Positions 1 to 8,001 of a DNA stretch of 32,000 nt are shown in pieces. Below the pieces are notes generated by a model. It ran no database searches. It saw only the letters and a program-made list of their open reading frames with translations, and was not told the origin of the DNA. The position numbers and the translations under genes are program-made. The DNA is taken from assembly GCF_002075285.3 (NCBI RefSeq), contig NZ_CP021983.2, positions 2,070,001 through 2,102,000 on the forward strand. The letters run 5' to 3'. Position 1 is the stretch's first letter. Each line of letters starts with the position of its first letter. The stretch is from Halomicronema hongdechloris C2206 (GTDB lineage: Bacteria; Cyanobacteriota; Cyanobacteriia; Phormidesmidales; Phormidesmidaceae).

Positions 1-758
1 GCACGGCCTATAATTTTATTAATGTTTACGAGACGTTTCAAGAACGTGCAAATCTTGCACAACTCAATATTGCCACCTCCGCGCTCTATTTGCTAGCCGC
101 CCCCTCTACTCCCCCTGAGGTGCGCCATGACTTCCTGAATCGGGCTAAGGCCGGGGAGAAAGTAACCCACAAGGAGCTCGCCCAGACCCTAAGGGGGAAA
201 CCCTCATCCTCTTCACCGCGGTCTTCATCCCAGCCCGCGCCTCCATCGAAACCGTCGACCACTGGCATCGTCAAGGTCATTCCCAAGTCGGCAGATTCCC
301 GTGAGTCCCCCTCAGCAGCTACCTCCTCACCCCCATCGGTACCTGCCTCTGAGCTGGCCACCATCCAACCGGGCTGGTATCGCCTCGGTGGTCAGCATGT
401 CCTGTTTTGCGGCGATACGGCCTCCGATCAGTTTGCTCAACGGGTGCCTCAGGTGGCCTTTGCCCTGGCCATCACCTCCAACGACTGGGATCATGACTGG
501 CTCATCGATCAGGCCAGAACCGTGACAATTTTGGCCGAGGCCGACGTGCAGGCGGGCATGGTTGAGGCTCTGTTGCAGATGTTCTCAAACCCTCAGGAGT
601 CGGTGCTGTTTCCCTGGCTCCCTCGGGCAGATATGCTGGCCATCGCCCATCGCCTTGGTCGTCGGGTATATGCCGGTGACGCCGATCCAGAACGTTGCCG
701 TGCGGCCGTTGCGGCGGCGGGGTTAATCCCGCAGCCCCTGCCGCTGCATCAAAATTAA
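1..758 (+). CDS. Hypothetical protein, 5'-truncated at the window edge (Ser/Pro-rich linker plus C-terminal globular region)
   Basis: Frame 3 is open from nt 3 to the TAA at 756-758. The ORF track's start at 90 is a TTG, so the gene probably begins upstream of the window. 'GGQHVLFCGD' resembles the HxLxCGD motif at the N-terminus of ParB-/N4-N6-methylase-like proteins, but I saw no DPPY or SAM-binding motifs. Confidence 0.4.
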   Translation, partial: TAYNFINVYETFQERANLAQLNIATSALYLLAAPSTPPEVRHDFLNRAKAGEKVTHKELAQTLRGKPSSSSPRSSSQPAPPSKPSTTGIVKVIPKSADSRESPSAATSSPPSVPASELATIQPGWYRLGGQHVLFCGDTASDQFAQRVPQVAFALAITSNDWDHDWLIDQARTVTILAEADVQAGMVEALLQMFSNPQESVLFPWLPRADMLAIAHRLGRRVYAGDADPERCRAAVAAAGLIPQPLPLHQN

Positions 759-1521
759 AGGCCATCCCACACCAGTGGCGCCGGCAGATGCGATCGCTTC
801 CCTCTACCGCCAGGGTAGCCGCATACCCAGGGGCAGGGTTGACCTCATAGAGAGACCAATGCTCAGACATCGCCGGCTGCCATTGTACGTTGACCAGGGC
901 AGGGAGTGCCTGGGGGGCCAGGGTCACCTCCACCTGGTCCAGCGGGGCCGATAATCCCTGTCCGATGGCCTTGAGAAAGGCCTCCTTACGGGTCCAGCCA
1001 TGAAAAAACACCTGGGCTTGCTGAGAAGGAGGCACTTGCCGGAAAATAGCCTGCTCTCGCGGAGAAAAATATCCCGCGACTATCTCTTGGCAGGTGATAT
1101 CGGAGCGAATCGCCTCTAGATCTACCCCCACCCGACGTCCCCAGGCAACCGCATAGAGGGCCAATCCCTGGGAATGGGAGAGGTTAAAGCAGAGCTCCTG
1201 GTCGCCCTGCCGTGGGACCAACGCCGGCTTGCCCCTAGAACCATAGTGAAAGGCGAGCGCTGGGGCGGCTTGCCCCAGGTAGTACCCCAGCAGTTGCCGC
1301 AGCCGCCCCCGGGCCACGATAAAGTGTTGGCGGTCGCGCTCGAAGTAAAAACGCTCGGCCCGGGCCCGCTCCCCCTCGCAGAGAACTTCATAGAGTGCCT
1401 CCACCGTCGACGGTGCCACCTCCAGGGACAGGCGCCAGAGATGAACCTGGTCAGGGGCAAGTACCAATGGGTTTGGGGGTAGCTGCCAATCCTCCTCGGC
1501 GGCAACAGTTACTGGCATCAC
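502..1521 (-). CDS. Sfp/HetI-type 4'-phosphopantetheinyl transferase, with an atypical C-terminal extension of about 90 aa
   Basis: PPTase core motifs are present: 'GKPAL', 'FNLSHSQGLALYAV', 'VGVDLE' and 'WTRKEAFLKAIG'. A GAGGAGG Shine-Dalgarno lies 7-10 nt upstream of the GTG(1521)/ATG(1518) starts. The recognisable domain ends near aa 250 (about nt 770). The rest is P/R/G-rich and antisense to ORF 1-758. Confidence 0.85.
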   Translation of the reverse strand: MMPVTVAAEEDWQLPPNPLVLAPDQVHLWRLSLEVAPSTVEALYEVLCEGERARAERFYFERDRQHFIVARGRLRQLLGYYLGQAAPALAFHYGSRGKPALVPRQGDQELCFNLSHSQGLALYAVAWGRRVGVDLEAIRSDITCQEIVAGYFSPREQAIFRQVPPSQQAQVFFHGWTRKEAFLKAIGQGLSAPLDQVEVTLAPQALPALVNVQWQPAMSEHWSLYEVNPAPGYAATLAVEGSDRICRRHWCGMAFNFDAAAGAAGLTPPPQRPHGNVLDRRHRHIPDDQGDGRWPAYLPEGARETAPTPEGLRTSATEPQPCPPARRPRPKLSRFWPDR

Positions 1522-1544
1522 GGAGACACCTCCTCAAGAGCAGA

Positions 1545-2303
1545 TCACAGGGAAATCAATGAGGCCAAGGCTCGGTGGAGGGCTTGCCCTAGCATGGGTT
1601 GTGCCGCATGGAGAAAAAAGTGATCCCCAGGCAGCATCTGCAGCGAGAATCCTGAGCAGGTCTGCTGCCGCCAGGCTTCCAACATCTCACAGGTGACATC
1701 TGGATCCTGTAGTCCCCCAAATGCCGCGATTGGACAGTTAAGCGGGGGCGCGGGCTCATAGCCATAGGTCTCTAGCACCGCGAAGTCGGCCCTGAGGGTG
1801 GGCAACAGCAGCTGCATCAACTCTCGATTCTCCAGGACGGCCGCCGGTGTCCCATTCAAGCGCCGCAACTCGGCGATAAACTCGGCCTCTGGCAGGGCAT
1901 GAATGGGGGGATCCGGATCGGGCCATTGGGGCGCCCGCCGCCCGGAGATAAACAGCTGCCCCGGCTGCCGCTGGAGCCGACGCAGCCGCCGGGCCACTTC
2001 GAAGCTCAGCAAGGCTCCCATGCTATGGCCAAAAAAGGCAAACGGCTTATCCAGGCAGGGCAGTAGTGCCTCAACGATGGCCTCGGCTAAGGGGGCTAAT
2101 CGGTCAAACGGGGGCTCCCGCAACCGCATGCCCCGACCCGGCAGCTCAATCGGGCAGAGCTCAACGGTGGCTGGCAGATGCGCTTCCCAGCCGCGAAAGG
2201 TGAGGGCTCCTCCTCCAGCATAGGGAAAGCAGAATAGCCGTAAGGTAGCCTGGGGATTCGGACAGGGACAGGTAATCCAGGAATTGGGGGCGGCCATCGG
2301 CAT
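1545..2303 (-). CDS. Type II (editing) thioesterase
   Basis: 'FCFPYAGGG' N-terminal motif, 'GHSMG' nucleophile elbow and 'LPGDHFFL' C-terminal His motif. At 252 aa the length is typical for a TEII. It lies 23 nt upstream of the PPTase gene. Confidence 0.9.
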   Translation of the reverse strand: MPMAAPNSWITCPCPNPQATLRLFCFPYAGGGALTFRGWEAHLPATVELCPIELPGRGMRLREPPFDRLAPLAEAIVEALLPCLDKPFAFFGHSMGALLSFEVARRLRRLQRQPGQLFISGRRAPQWPDPDPPIHALPEAEFIAELRRLNGTPAAVLENRELMQLLLPTLRADFAVLETYGYEPAPPLNCPIAAFGGLQDPDVTCEMLEAWRQQTCSGFSLQMLPGDHFFLHAAQPMLGQALHRALASLISL

Positions 2304-2324
2304 AGGACGTATCAGGGTATGCGG

Positions 2325-2552
2325 CTAAGCTTGGTTTTGGGCAACCTGGTCCATTTGTTTTCGTAAACTCAGGGGCCGCATATCCGTCCAGACTTCTTTG
2401 ATGTAGTCTAGACACTCGGGCTTGAGACCAGTCTTACCCACATCTCGCCAGCCCAGAGGGTTCTCGCGATAAGCCGGCCAGATGGAATACTGCTCTTCAT
2501 GGTTAACGACAACCTTGTAAATCGTAGTATCTTCCTGGTCATCTCGATGCAT
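2325..2552 (-). CDS. MbtH-like protein
   Basis: 75 aa with the signature '[22 protein letters not shown]' (NxExQxSxWP...PxGW). Confidence 0.93.
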   Translation of the reverse strand: MHRDDQEDTTIYKVVVNHEEQYSIWPAYRENPLGWRDVGKTGLKPECLDYIKEVWTDMRPLSLRKQMDQVAQNQA

Positions 2553-2588
2553 GGGTCTTCCTCCAGAATAGGGTCGGCGCTGAGCCAG

Positions 2589-2942
2589 CTATTTTGCCAG
2601 GGTATCGGCCGGAGATAGCTCGGCTAAGGGGTCTAGATGCCCGGTGCCCTCTAGCGTCGTCAAATCAATATCGGCCACACAGCGGACCTTGACGTAGTTC
2701 AAGATCAACTCCCCGACTAGGTGAACCGTGCCGTTGGGTTGGTCAAAATCGGCTTGACCCAACTCGCAGGCATCGCCATCCAGCTTGACGCTTAACTCAG
2801 TGCCGCCCCGGGTATTGGTAAACTTAATGTGGACGTATCCCAGGTCTATGCGCTCCTTCAAGGCGGCAGCGGTCTTCTCTGGTCGTAAGCTGACTTCGAC
2901 CGGGTGCTCCCCGGTGGACAAACGCTGGACGAGTTCATTCAT
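2589..2942 (-). CDS. Hypothetical protein (117 aa), co-operonic with the MbtH/TEII/PPTase genes
   Basis: Clean ORF with an ATG start and coding-like composition. It sits 36 nt upstream of the MbtH-like gene. I recognise no family motif. Confidence 0.5.
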   Translation of the reverse strand: MNELVQRLSTGEHPVEVSLRPEKTAAALKERIDLGYVHIKFTNTRGGTELSVKLDGDACELGQADFDQPNGTVHLVGELILNYVKVRCVADIDLTTLEGTGHLDPLAELSPADTLAK

Positions 2943-2973
2943 GGTTGACTTCCTGAAATAATCAACAGCTCAG

Positions 2974-3318
2974 TTAGGGGGCGGCATTGGCGCCCACGGG
3001 CTCATTGACGGTCTCATTGACGGTGCTGGAGGCGTAGTCTGGAATCTCAAATTCCAGCACAGTACGGCAAAATTCTTGCCATTCCGGCGTGATCTGGTCG
3101 AAGATAATGTTTTCATCCTTGAAGATGCCATCAGTGACAACATAGTTCTCCTGCAGGTAGAAGATGTCGTCATCGCTGAGTTGCCGATTGACCTCTACCT
3201 CTGTACCGTCAATCTTTTTCGTTTCCTTGCGAGTATTGTCGCTGCGCTCTGTCCATTGACTAAACTCACGCAAACGCTTAACAGGATAGGCTTTGCAATA
3301 TTTGCCCATAGTGGCCAT
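2974..3318 (-). CDS. Hypothetical protein (114 aa), first gene of the accessory operon
   Basis: ATG start preceded by a GAGG-type RBS (reverse complement of 3322-3330). No recognisable motif. The overlapping ORFs 2970-3173(-) and 3076-3321(+) look like frame artefacts. Confidence 0.5.
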   Translation of the reverse strand: MATMGKYCKAYPVKRLREFSQWTERSDNTRKETKKIDGTEVEVNRQLSDDDIFYLQENYVVTDGIFKDENIIFDQITPEWQEFCRTVLEFEIPDYASSTVNETVNEPVGANAAP

Positions 3319-3765
3319 TGATATACCTCACGGTTAGTGCTACAGCAGTAGTATTCAGGCTCGCGACATGAGAAATGATTGAAGCTCTCCCAGAAGACCT
3401 AAGGGATTTCAATATCGGGGGCTACGAGACCTGAAATTCCCTTTATGGCTTCGATCTATCGAGAAAAAATTGAGTTTGAATTTTTCCTGATCAACACTCG
3501 ACTAGCAACACTAAAACTTGACTGACTACCACAAGCCCAGCGTCTAAAAAGCTAATGCTATCGTCAAGGAGACAGCCTGTCCACAAGCCCTAGCCAATGA
3601 TTCGCCTCTACAGGGCTAGGAAGGTAGAGAGATGATCAGTTTATTGGCATACACTCTCAACTGAGACACCAATTACAGTAACCCAGGACGCTCAAATTGG
3701 CAAGGAATTTTCTTTGCTTTTAAGATTCATGTCCGGACGCGCTTGAGGTAGCAAATATCACATGT

Positions 3766-3781
3766 CCGCAATATATTGCGG
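3766..3781. promoter_or_regulatory. Perfect 16-bp palindrome CCGCAATATATTGCGG (candidate operator or hairpin)
   Basis: Read directly from the sequence. It is flanked by the direct repeat CATGTCCG at 3729-3736 and 3761-3768. It lies in the ORF-poor divergent region between the two operons. Confidence 0.3.
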
Positions 3782-3985
3782 CGGCGATTCATTAACACAG
3801 CTGATGGCTATTCATGCTGAAATCGATATGCTCCACGGCAACGAGATTCCTCAAGCTGTCCGTGGCTAACTGATCTGCGCCGTCGTCTTTCGCCGCTGTT
3901 TTGGGATCAATCCCGCGTGGCTGGCTTTCAATGCTCCACCTCATCATCCTGCAACCTCTGGTTAGCCCTCATGGAGGATAACGCT

Positions 3986-3999
3986 CCTGGTTAACCAGG
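3986..3999. promoter_or_regulatory. Perfect 14-bp palindrome CCTGGTTAACCAGG followed by CATTTTT
   Basis: Read directly from the sequence. It would form a short stem (5 bp, 4-nt loop) followed by a T-run on the + strand, about 175 nt upstream of the receptor ATG. It could be a weak terminator or attenuator, or a dimeric binding site. Confidence 0.25.
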
Positions 4000-4027
4000 C
4001 ATTTTTCATCAGAACTATTCCAAATAG

Positions 4028-4040
4028 TCAGATATTCTGA
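4028..4040. promoter_or_regulatory. AT-rich inverted repeat TCAGA-TAT-TCTGA upstream of the receptor gene (candidate metalloregulator site)
   Basis: 5-3-5 inverted repeat about 135 nt upstream of ATG 4175. It only loosely resembles Fur-type boxes and does not match the consensus. Confidence 0.2.
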
Positions 4041-4174
4041 TACGCTTCTTGAGAGCTATTCCGATCTGGAGTTGCGTGAGTTAGGAAAGCTAGGTGGGAA
4101 CAAGCCTGCCATGTAATTACTGTACTATCCAGTTCGACGTCGGAATTCTGTCCAGTGGTGTGGGAGTAATAGTG

Positions 4175-6730
4175 ATGAATCAACTAAAATGCCTTGTTTG
4201 GCTCACCGGTATCTTCTCAATGGTTTTTGCTGCAGGAGCCAGGGCCGAAATGCAACCCTCGCCGGTGGCTTCTGAAGAAGCCACAACGGCGCAGCACCTG
4301 CATGACATTGAATCCCCGGCGACTACAGTAGGGGAGTGGCTAGCCCAAATCGAAGCGGCGATCGTCGAGATTACCGGCGTGCGGGTTGAAAGCAGCGAGA
4401 CTGGTTTGCAAGTAATATTGGAGACCGCTGACGGAGATCTGTCTGTTCCGACCACAGAAACCGTAGGCAATGCCCTCGTGGCAGAGATTCCCAATGCGGT
4501 GCTGGCATTGCCGGAAGGAGACGAGTTTCAGGCAACCGACCCAGCTGCAGGCATTGCCCGGGTGTCAGTGACGGCTGTGGGCCAGGATCGCATTCAGGTA
4601 GCGATTACGGGCACCGATGCGCCACCAGAAGCGACCGTGAATGCCGAAGCTGGCAATTTGGTCTGGACTGTCGTGCCAGGCATTGCCCAAGTCGATGATG
4701 CCGATGATGCGATCGAAATTGTAGTAACCGGTGAGCAAGACACTGGGTATCGGGTTGAGCGGGCGACCACAGCCACCCGGACTGACACCCCGATTCGGGA
4801 TATTCCTCAGTCGATTCAAGTTGTCCCCCGGCAAGTATTAGAGGATCAGCAAGTGATTCGATTGCGCGAAGCACTGCGCAATGTTAGTGGAGTCATCCAG
4901 GGAAATACAACAGGTAATACAGTTCCATCATTTATTATCCGTGGGTTTGAACAACTTAATGTTGGAACGGACGGTTCAGGTACCATTTATCGGGACGGTT
5001 TTCGTGAAAACTTTGAAGCACTGAGAGATACTGCCAATATAGAACAGATAGAAGTGCTTAAAGGTCCGGCATCGATTCTCTTTGGCAATTTAGAACCGGG
5101 CGGTATCATCAACTTGGTAACAGAAAGACCGCTGGCTACTCCCTCTTATGAAGCACAACTACAAGTGGGAAGCTTTGGCTTCGTGCGGCCCACCATCGAT
5201 CTCACAGGACCCTTAAATTCAGACAGAAGCCTACTCTACCGTTTCAACGCTGCTTACGAGCGCGAAGATGGCTTTCGTAATTTCGATCAAGATGTCAATC
5301 ATGTCTTTGTGGCACCAGAAATCACCTGGCAAATTAGCGATCATACTGACATCGCCATAGAGCTAGAGTATTTGTATGATGAACGCCCTTTTGATCGAGG
5401 GGTAGTAGCGATTGGTAACGAGGTGGCAGATATTCCTTTCGATCGCGTTCTAGGCGAACTAGATGATAAAGAAAGACGAGAAATTCTCAGTACTGGATAT
5501 CGATTAGAACATCAGTTTAACGACAACCTGCGGCTCCGTAACGCTTTTCGATTTAATACTACTCTCAACGGCAACAATAATTCTGTTCAAAACCTGGCAG
5601 TGGATGAAGTGACCGGAGAACTCAGTAGAATATTCGTTGATGTTGAAGATGACCAAAGTAGTTACGCTCTTTACACCAACTTGGTCGGCGAATTTACAAC
5701 CGGACCAATTGCTCACACACTTTTATTTGGCATAGATCTGGAACGCATTATAGATATCGCTGACGTTCGATTCGGAGCAGCGCCTAGCATTAATATTTTC
5801 GATCCAGTTTACGGCCAAGTTCCTCGTCCCGAGCGAGATGAACTGCAGAATGTTTCTCTCAGAGACTCTACTATAGACACCTTGGGAATCTATTTGCAAG
5901 ATCAAGTTACGATTCGCCCTGACTTAAAACTCCTCATCGGTGGACGATTTGACTTATATCATCGAGAACAGACCCGAAGCTTTAATGGTAATGAGAGTAG
6001 TGTAGAACAAGATGATCAGGCCTTCTCTCCACGAGTTGGCGTTGTTTATCAACCAATTGAACCATTGTCTCTCTATGCCAGTTTCACGCGATCGTTTGCG
6101 CCCAACACTGGCACAGCTTTCGATGGCTCTATCTTAGATCCTACTCGTGGCACTCAGTATGAGATTGGACTTAGAGGCGAGTTTTTTGAGGACAGGCTGA
6201 CAGCCAATCTAGCCGCTTTCCATCTCACTAGAACTAATGTTGCTACTGCCGATCCAGATAATCCCAACTTTAGTATTGCCGTTGGGGAGCAGCGCAGTCA
6301 AGGGATTGAATTAGATGTGGCAGGTGAAATTCTGCCCGGTTGGAATATCATTGCCTCCTATGCCTACACGGATGCCGAAATTACAGACGACAATACCTTC
6401 CCAGAAGGCAATAGCCTGTTTGGTGTCCCTAAAAATGCCGCTAGTCTTTGGACGACCTATGAACTTCAGCGAGGAGATTTGCAAGGATTAGGTTTTGGAT
6501 TGGGGTTATTTTTTGTGGGTGAACGTCCAGGTGATTTGGCTAACTCTTTTGAGGTAGATAGCTATATCCGTACCGATGCCAGCGTGTTTTACCAGCGAGA
6601 TAACTGGCGAGCTGGCATTAACATCCAAAATCTCTTTGATATTGACTATATCGAATCCGCTTCTCGCAGAACACGCATTAATCCTGGAATACCTTTTACC
6701 GTTTTGGGGACAGTATCCATTGAATTTTAA
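4175..6730 (+). CDS. TonB-dependent siderophore receptor with an N-terminal AMIN-like extension
   Basis: ATG 4175 is preceded by GGAG and gives the signal peptide 'MNQLKCLVWLTGIFSMVFAAGARA'. The GTG at 4094 in the track looks like an over-extension. An AMIN-like segment ('VRVESSETGLQVILE...RIQVAITG') is followed by plug motifs ('IEIVVTGE', 'TATRTDTPIRDIPQSIQVV', 'IEVLKGPASILFG'). The protein then has a long beta-barrel ending in a C-terminal Phe ('TVSIEF'). Confidence 0.9.
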   Translation: MNQLKCLVWLTGIFSMVFAAGARAEMQPSPVASEEATTAQHLHDIESPATTVGEWLAQIEAAIVEITGVRVESSETGLQVILETADGDLSVPTTETVGNALVAEIPNAVLALPEGDEFQATDPAAGIARVSVTAVGQDRIQVAITGTDAPPEATVNAEAGNLVWTVVPGIAQVDDADDAIEIVVTGEQDTGYRVERATTATRTDTPIRDIPQSIQVVPRQVLEDQQVIRLREALRNVSGVIQGNTTGNTVPSFIIRGFEQLNVGTDGSGTIYRDGFRENFEALRDTANIEQIEVLKGPASILFGNLEPGGIINLVTERPLATPSYEAQLQVGSFGFVRPTIDLTGPLNSDRSLLYRFNAAYEREDGFRNFDQDVNHVFVAPEITWQISDHTDIAIELEYLYDERPFDRGVVAIGNEVADIPFDRVLGELDDKERREILSTGYRLEHQFNDNLRLRNAFRFNTTLNGNNNSVQNLAVDEVTGELSRIFVDVEDDQSSYALYTNLVGEFTTGPIAHTLLFGIDLERIIDIADVRFGAAPSINIFDPVYGQVPRPERDELQNVSLRDSTIDTLGIYLQDQVTIRPDLKLLIGGRFDLYHREQTRSFNGNESSVEQDDQAFSPRVGVVYQPIEPLSLYASFTRSFAPNTGTAFDGSILDPTRGTQYEIGLRGEFFEDRLTANLAAFHLTRTNVATADPDNPNFSIAVGEQRSQGIELDVAGEILPGWNIIASYAYTDAEITDDNTFPEGNSLFGVPKNAASLWTTYELQRGDLQGLGFGLGLFFVGERPGDLANSFEVDSYIRTDASVFYQRDNWRAGINIQNLFDIDYIESASRRTRINPGIPFTVLGTVSIEF

Positions 6731-6747
6731 CGCTATTTGATTTTCGG

Positions 6748-7788
6748 ATGAAACAAAGTAAACGTGAGATATTCCAAAAAATTTGTGCAATCAGCTTACT
6801 ACTGCTGAGCTCAGCTTGCAATCAGAGATTATCTCAAAATTCAGCATCAACTACGACACAGTCAACAGCCGACTGCCGGGTCGTTGAGCATGATGCCGGA
6901 GATACACAGGTTTGCGGGCAGCCGCAACGAGTAGCTACGCTCAGCCCTTATGTACTAGATATGATGCTGGCACTGGGGGTGCAGCCTGTTGGACATGTCG
7001 AATACTATTCAAGCACGCGCCAACAGTTCGATCGCCCAAGTGAACAAATTCCCTACTTAGGCGATCGCATCACAACGCAACCATTGAATCTTGGTGAGCG
7101 CCAAACTCCCTCCCTGGAAACACTGACTTTGCTTAAGCCAGATCTAATTTTGGGCGAACGTTGGCACTTTCAGAGTTATGACTTGTTCTCAAAAGTTGCC
7201 CCTACTGTATTGGTTGATTATGGCGAGGGTGGTGGCTGGCAAGAAGACATCCACCCCATTGCTAAAGCACTCGATCGCGAATCAGAAGCAGAACAAGTCA
7301 TCGCGGTCCATGAACAGCAGGTGGCAGCCGTTCAACGCAAGTTAGCGTCGGTATTGGCAACTAATCCACGATTGTTATTGATCACTACAGTTGACAATTT
7401 GAGCGGCTCGATACATCTCTTTAATAAAGACACGCCAGGAACCCTGTTGGAACGTATTGGCTTTGAATTAATTGGATCGGAAGGGGTGAAACGAGGAACT
7501 GGCAAAACAATTTCAGTCGAAGTGTTGGCACAGTTTAGTCCTGATATTGTAATTGTCTCAGGCTCGCAGTATGGATCCCACGATCCGGAATTAAATAAGT
7601 TCAAACAGCAATGGAACCAAATCCCAATTCTACAAACCATGAAGGCCAACCGTAACGGATGTGTGTACTTTGTCGACAACTTACTTTGGGGTGGCAATGT
7701 TCGGGGTCCTATTTCTGAAGAAATCGTTATGGAGCAGCTTCCTGAACTGTTACTGCCACCCTGTCAAAATTCAAAACCTGAAAACTGA
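6748..7788 (+). CDS. Periplasmic iron-siderophore ABC-type substrate-binding protein (FhuD/FecB-like), probable lipoprotein
   Basis: Signal peptide with a lipobox-like 'LLSSAC'. 'RVATLSPYVLDMMLALGVQPVG' and 'LKPDLILG' are typical of cluster-A/FhuD-type binding proteins. It starts 17 nt after the receptor stop. Confidence 0.8.
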   Translation: MKQSKREIFQKICAISLLLLSSACNQRLSQNSASTTTQSTADCRVVEHDAGDTQVCGQPQRVATLSPYVLDMMLALGVQPVGHVEYYSSTRQQFDRPSEQIPYLGDRITTQPLNLGERQTPSLETLTLLKPDLILGERWHFQSYDLFSKVAPTVLVDYGEGGGWQEDIHPIAKALDRESEAEQVIAVHEQQVAAVQRKLASVLATNPRLLLITTVDNLSGSIHLFNKDTPGTLLERIGFELIGSEGVKRGTGKTISVEVLAQFSPDIVIVSGSQYGSHDPELNKFKQQWNQIPILQTMKANRNGCVYFVDNLLWGGNVRGPISEEIVMEQLPELLLPPCQNSKPEN

Positions 7789-7818
7789 ACAGGACTTACG
7801 CAGTTGAATGAATTTCGC

Positions 7819-7911
7819 CTCCCCCTACCCAACCACAAGTTGGGGGGAACCAACTCATATTTATCTTTCCCCCCAGAATTGGGGGGAACCAAAGGGGGGC
7901 AAGGGGGAAAG
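7819..7911. repeat. G6/C6-tract intergenic repeat with a hairpin
   Basis: TTGGGGGGAACCA occurs twice (7840-7852 and 7879-7891). TTCCCCCC (7867-7874) pairs perfectly with GGGGGGAA (7881-7888). It is followed by AAGGGGGGCAAGGGGGAAAG. Confidence 0.45.
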
Positions 7912-8001
7912 TGCGTAACTCCTGCTGAAATCCTCCTTGAGAAACCAGATTTTTGTCAGCTGCAAATTCTTTATTCACACTCTTAAGCAGTAAGCAGTAT
8001 T

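Noticed and set aside
1122-2415. ORFs 1122-1505(-), 1174-1482(+), 1903-2223(+) and 2161-2415(-) overlap the PPTase, TEII and MbtH genes.
   Set aside because: They are alternative-frame or antisense ORFs in GC-rich coding DNA. They carry no motifs, and the overlapping genes have strong family signatures.
3792-3947. A 51-aa minus-strand ORF ('MMRWSIESQPRGIDPKTAAKDDGADQLATDSLRNLVAVEHIDFSMNSHQLC') in the GC-rich island of the intergenic region.
   Set aside because: It has no recognisable motif and no clear RBS, and it is below the usual size threshold. It may be a gene remnant. I mention it under the intergenic finding rather than calling it as a feature.
4094-4174. The track extends the receptor ORF upstream to a GTG start at 4094.
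   Set aside because: The extra 27 aa ('GTSLPCNYCTIQFDVG...') do not look like a signal peptide. ATG 4175 has a GGAG RBS and gives a classical signal sequence.
7796-7986. A pair of 60-aa ORFs on both strands in the spacer between the binding-protein and MFS genes.
   Set aside because: They are produced by the G/C-tract repeats ('LGGT..GGQGG' and 'PPILGGK'). They have no RBS and no coding-like composition.
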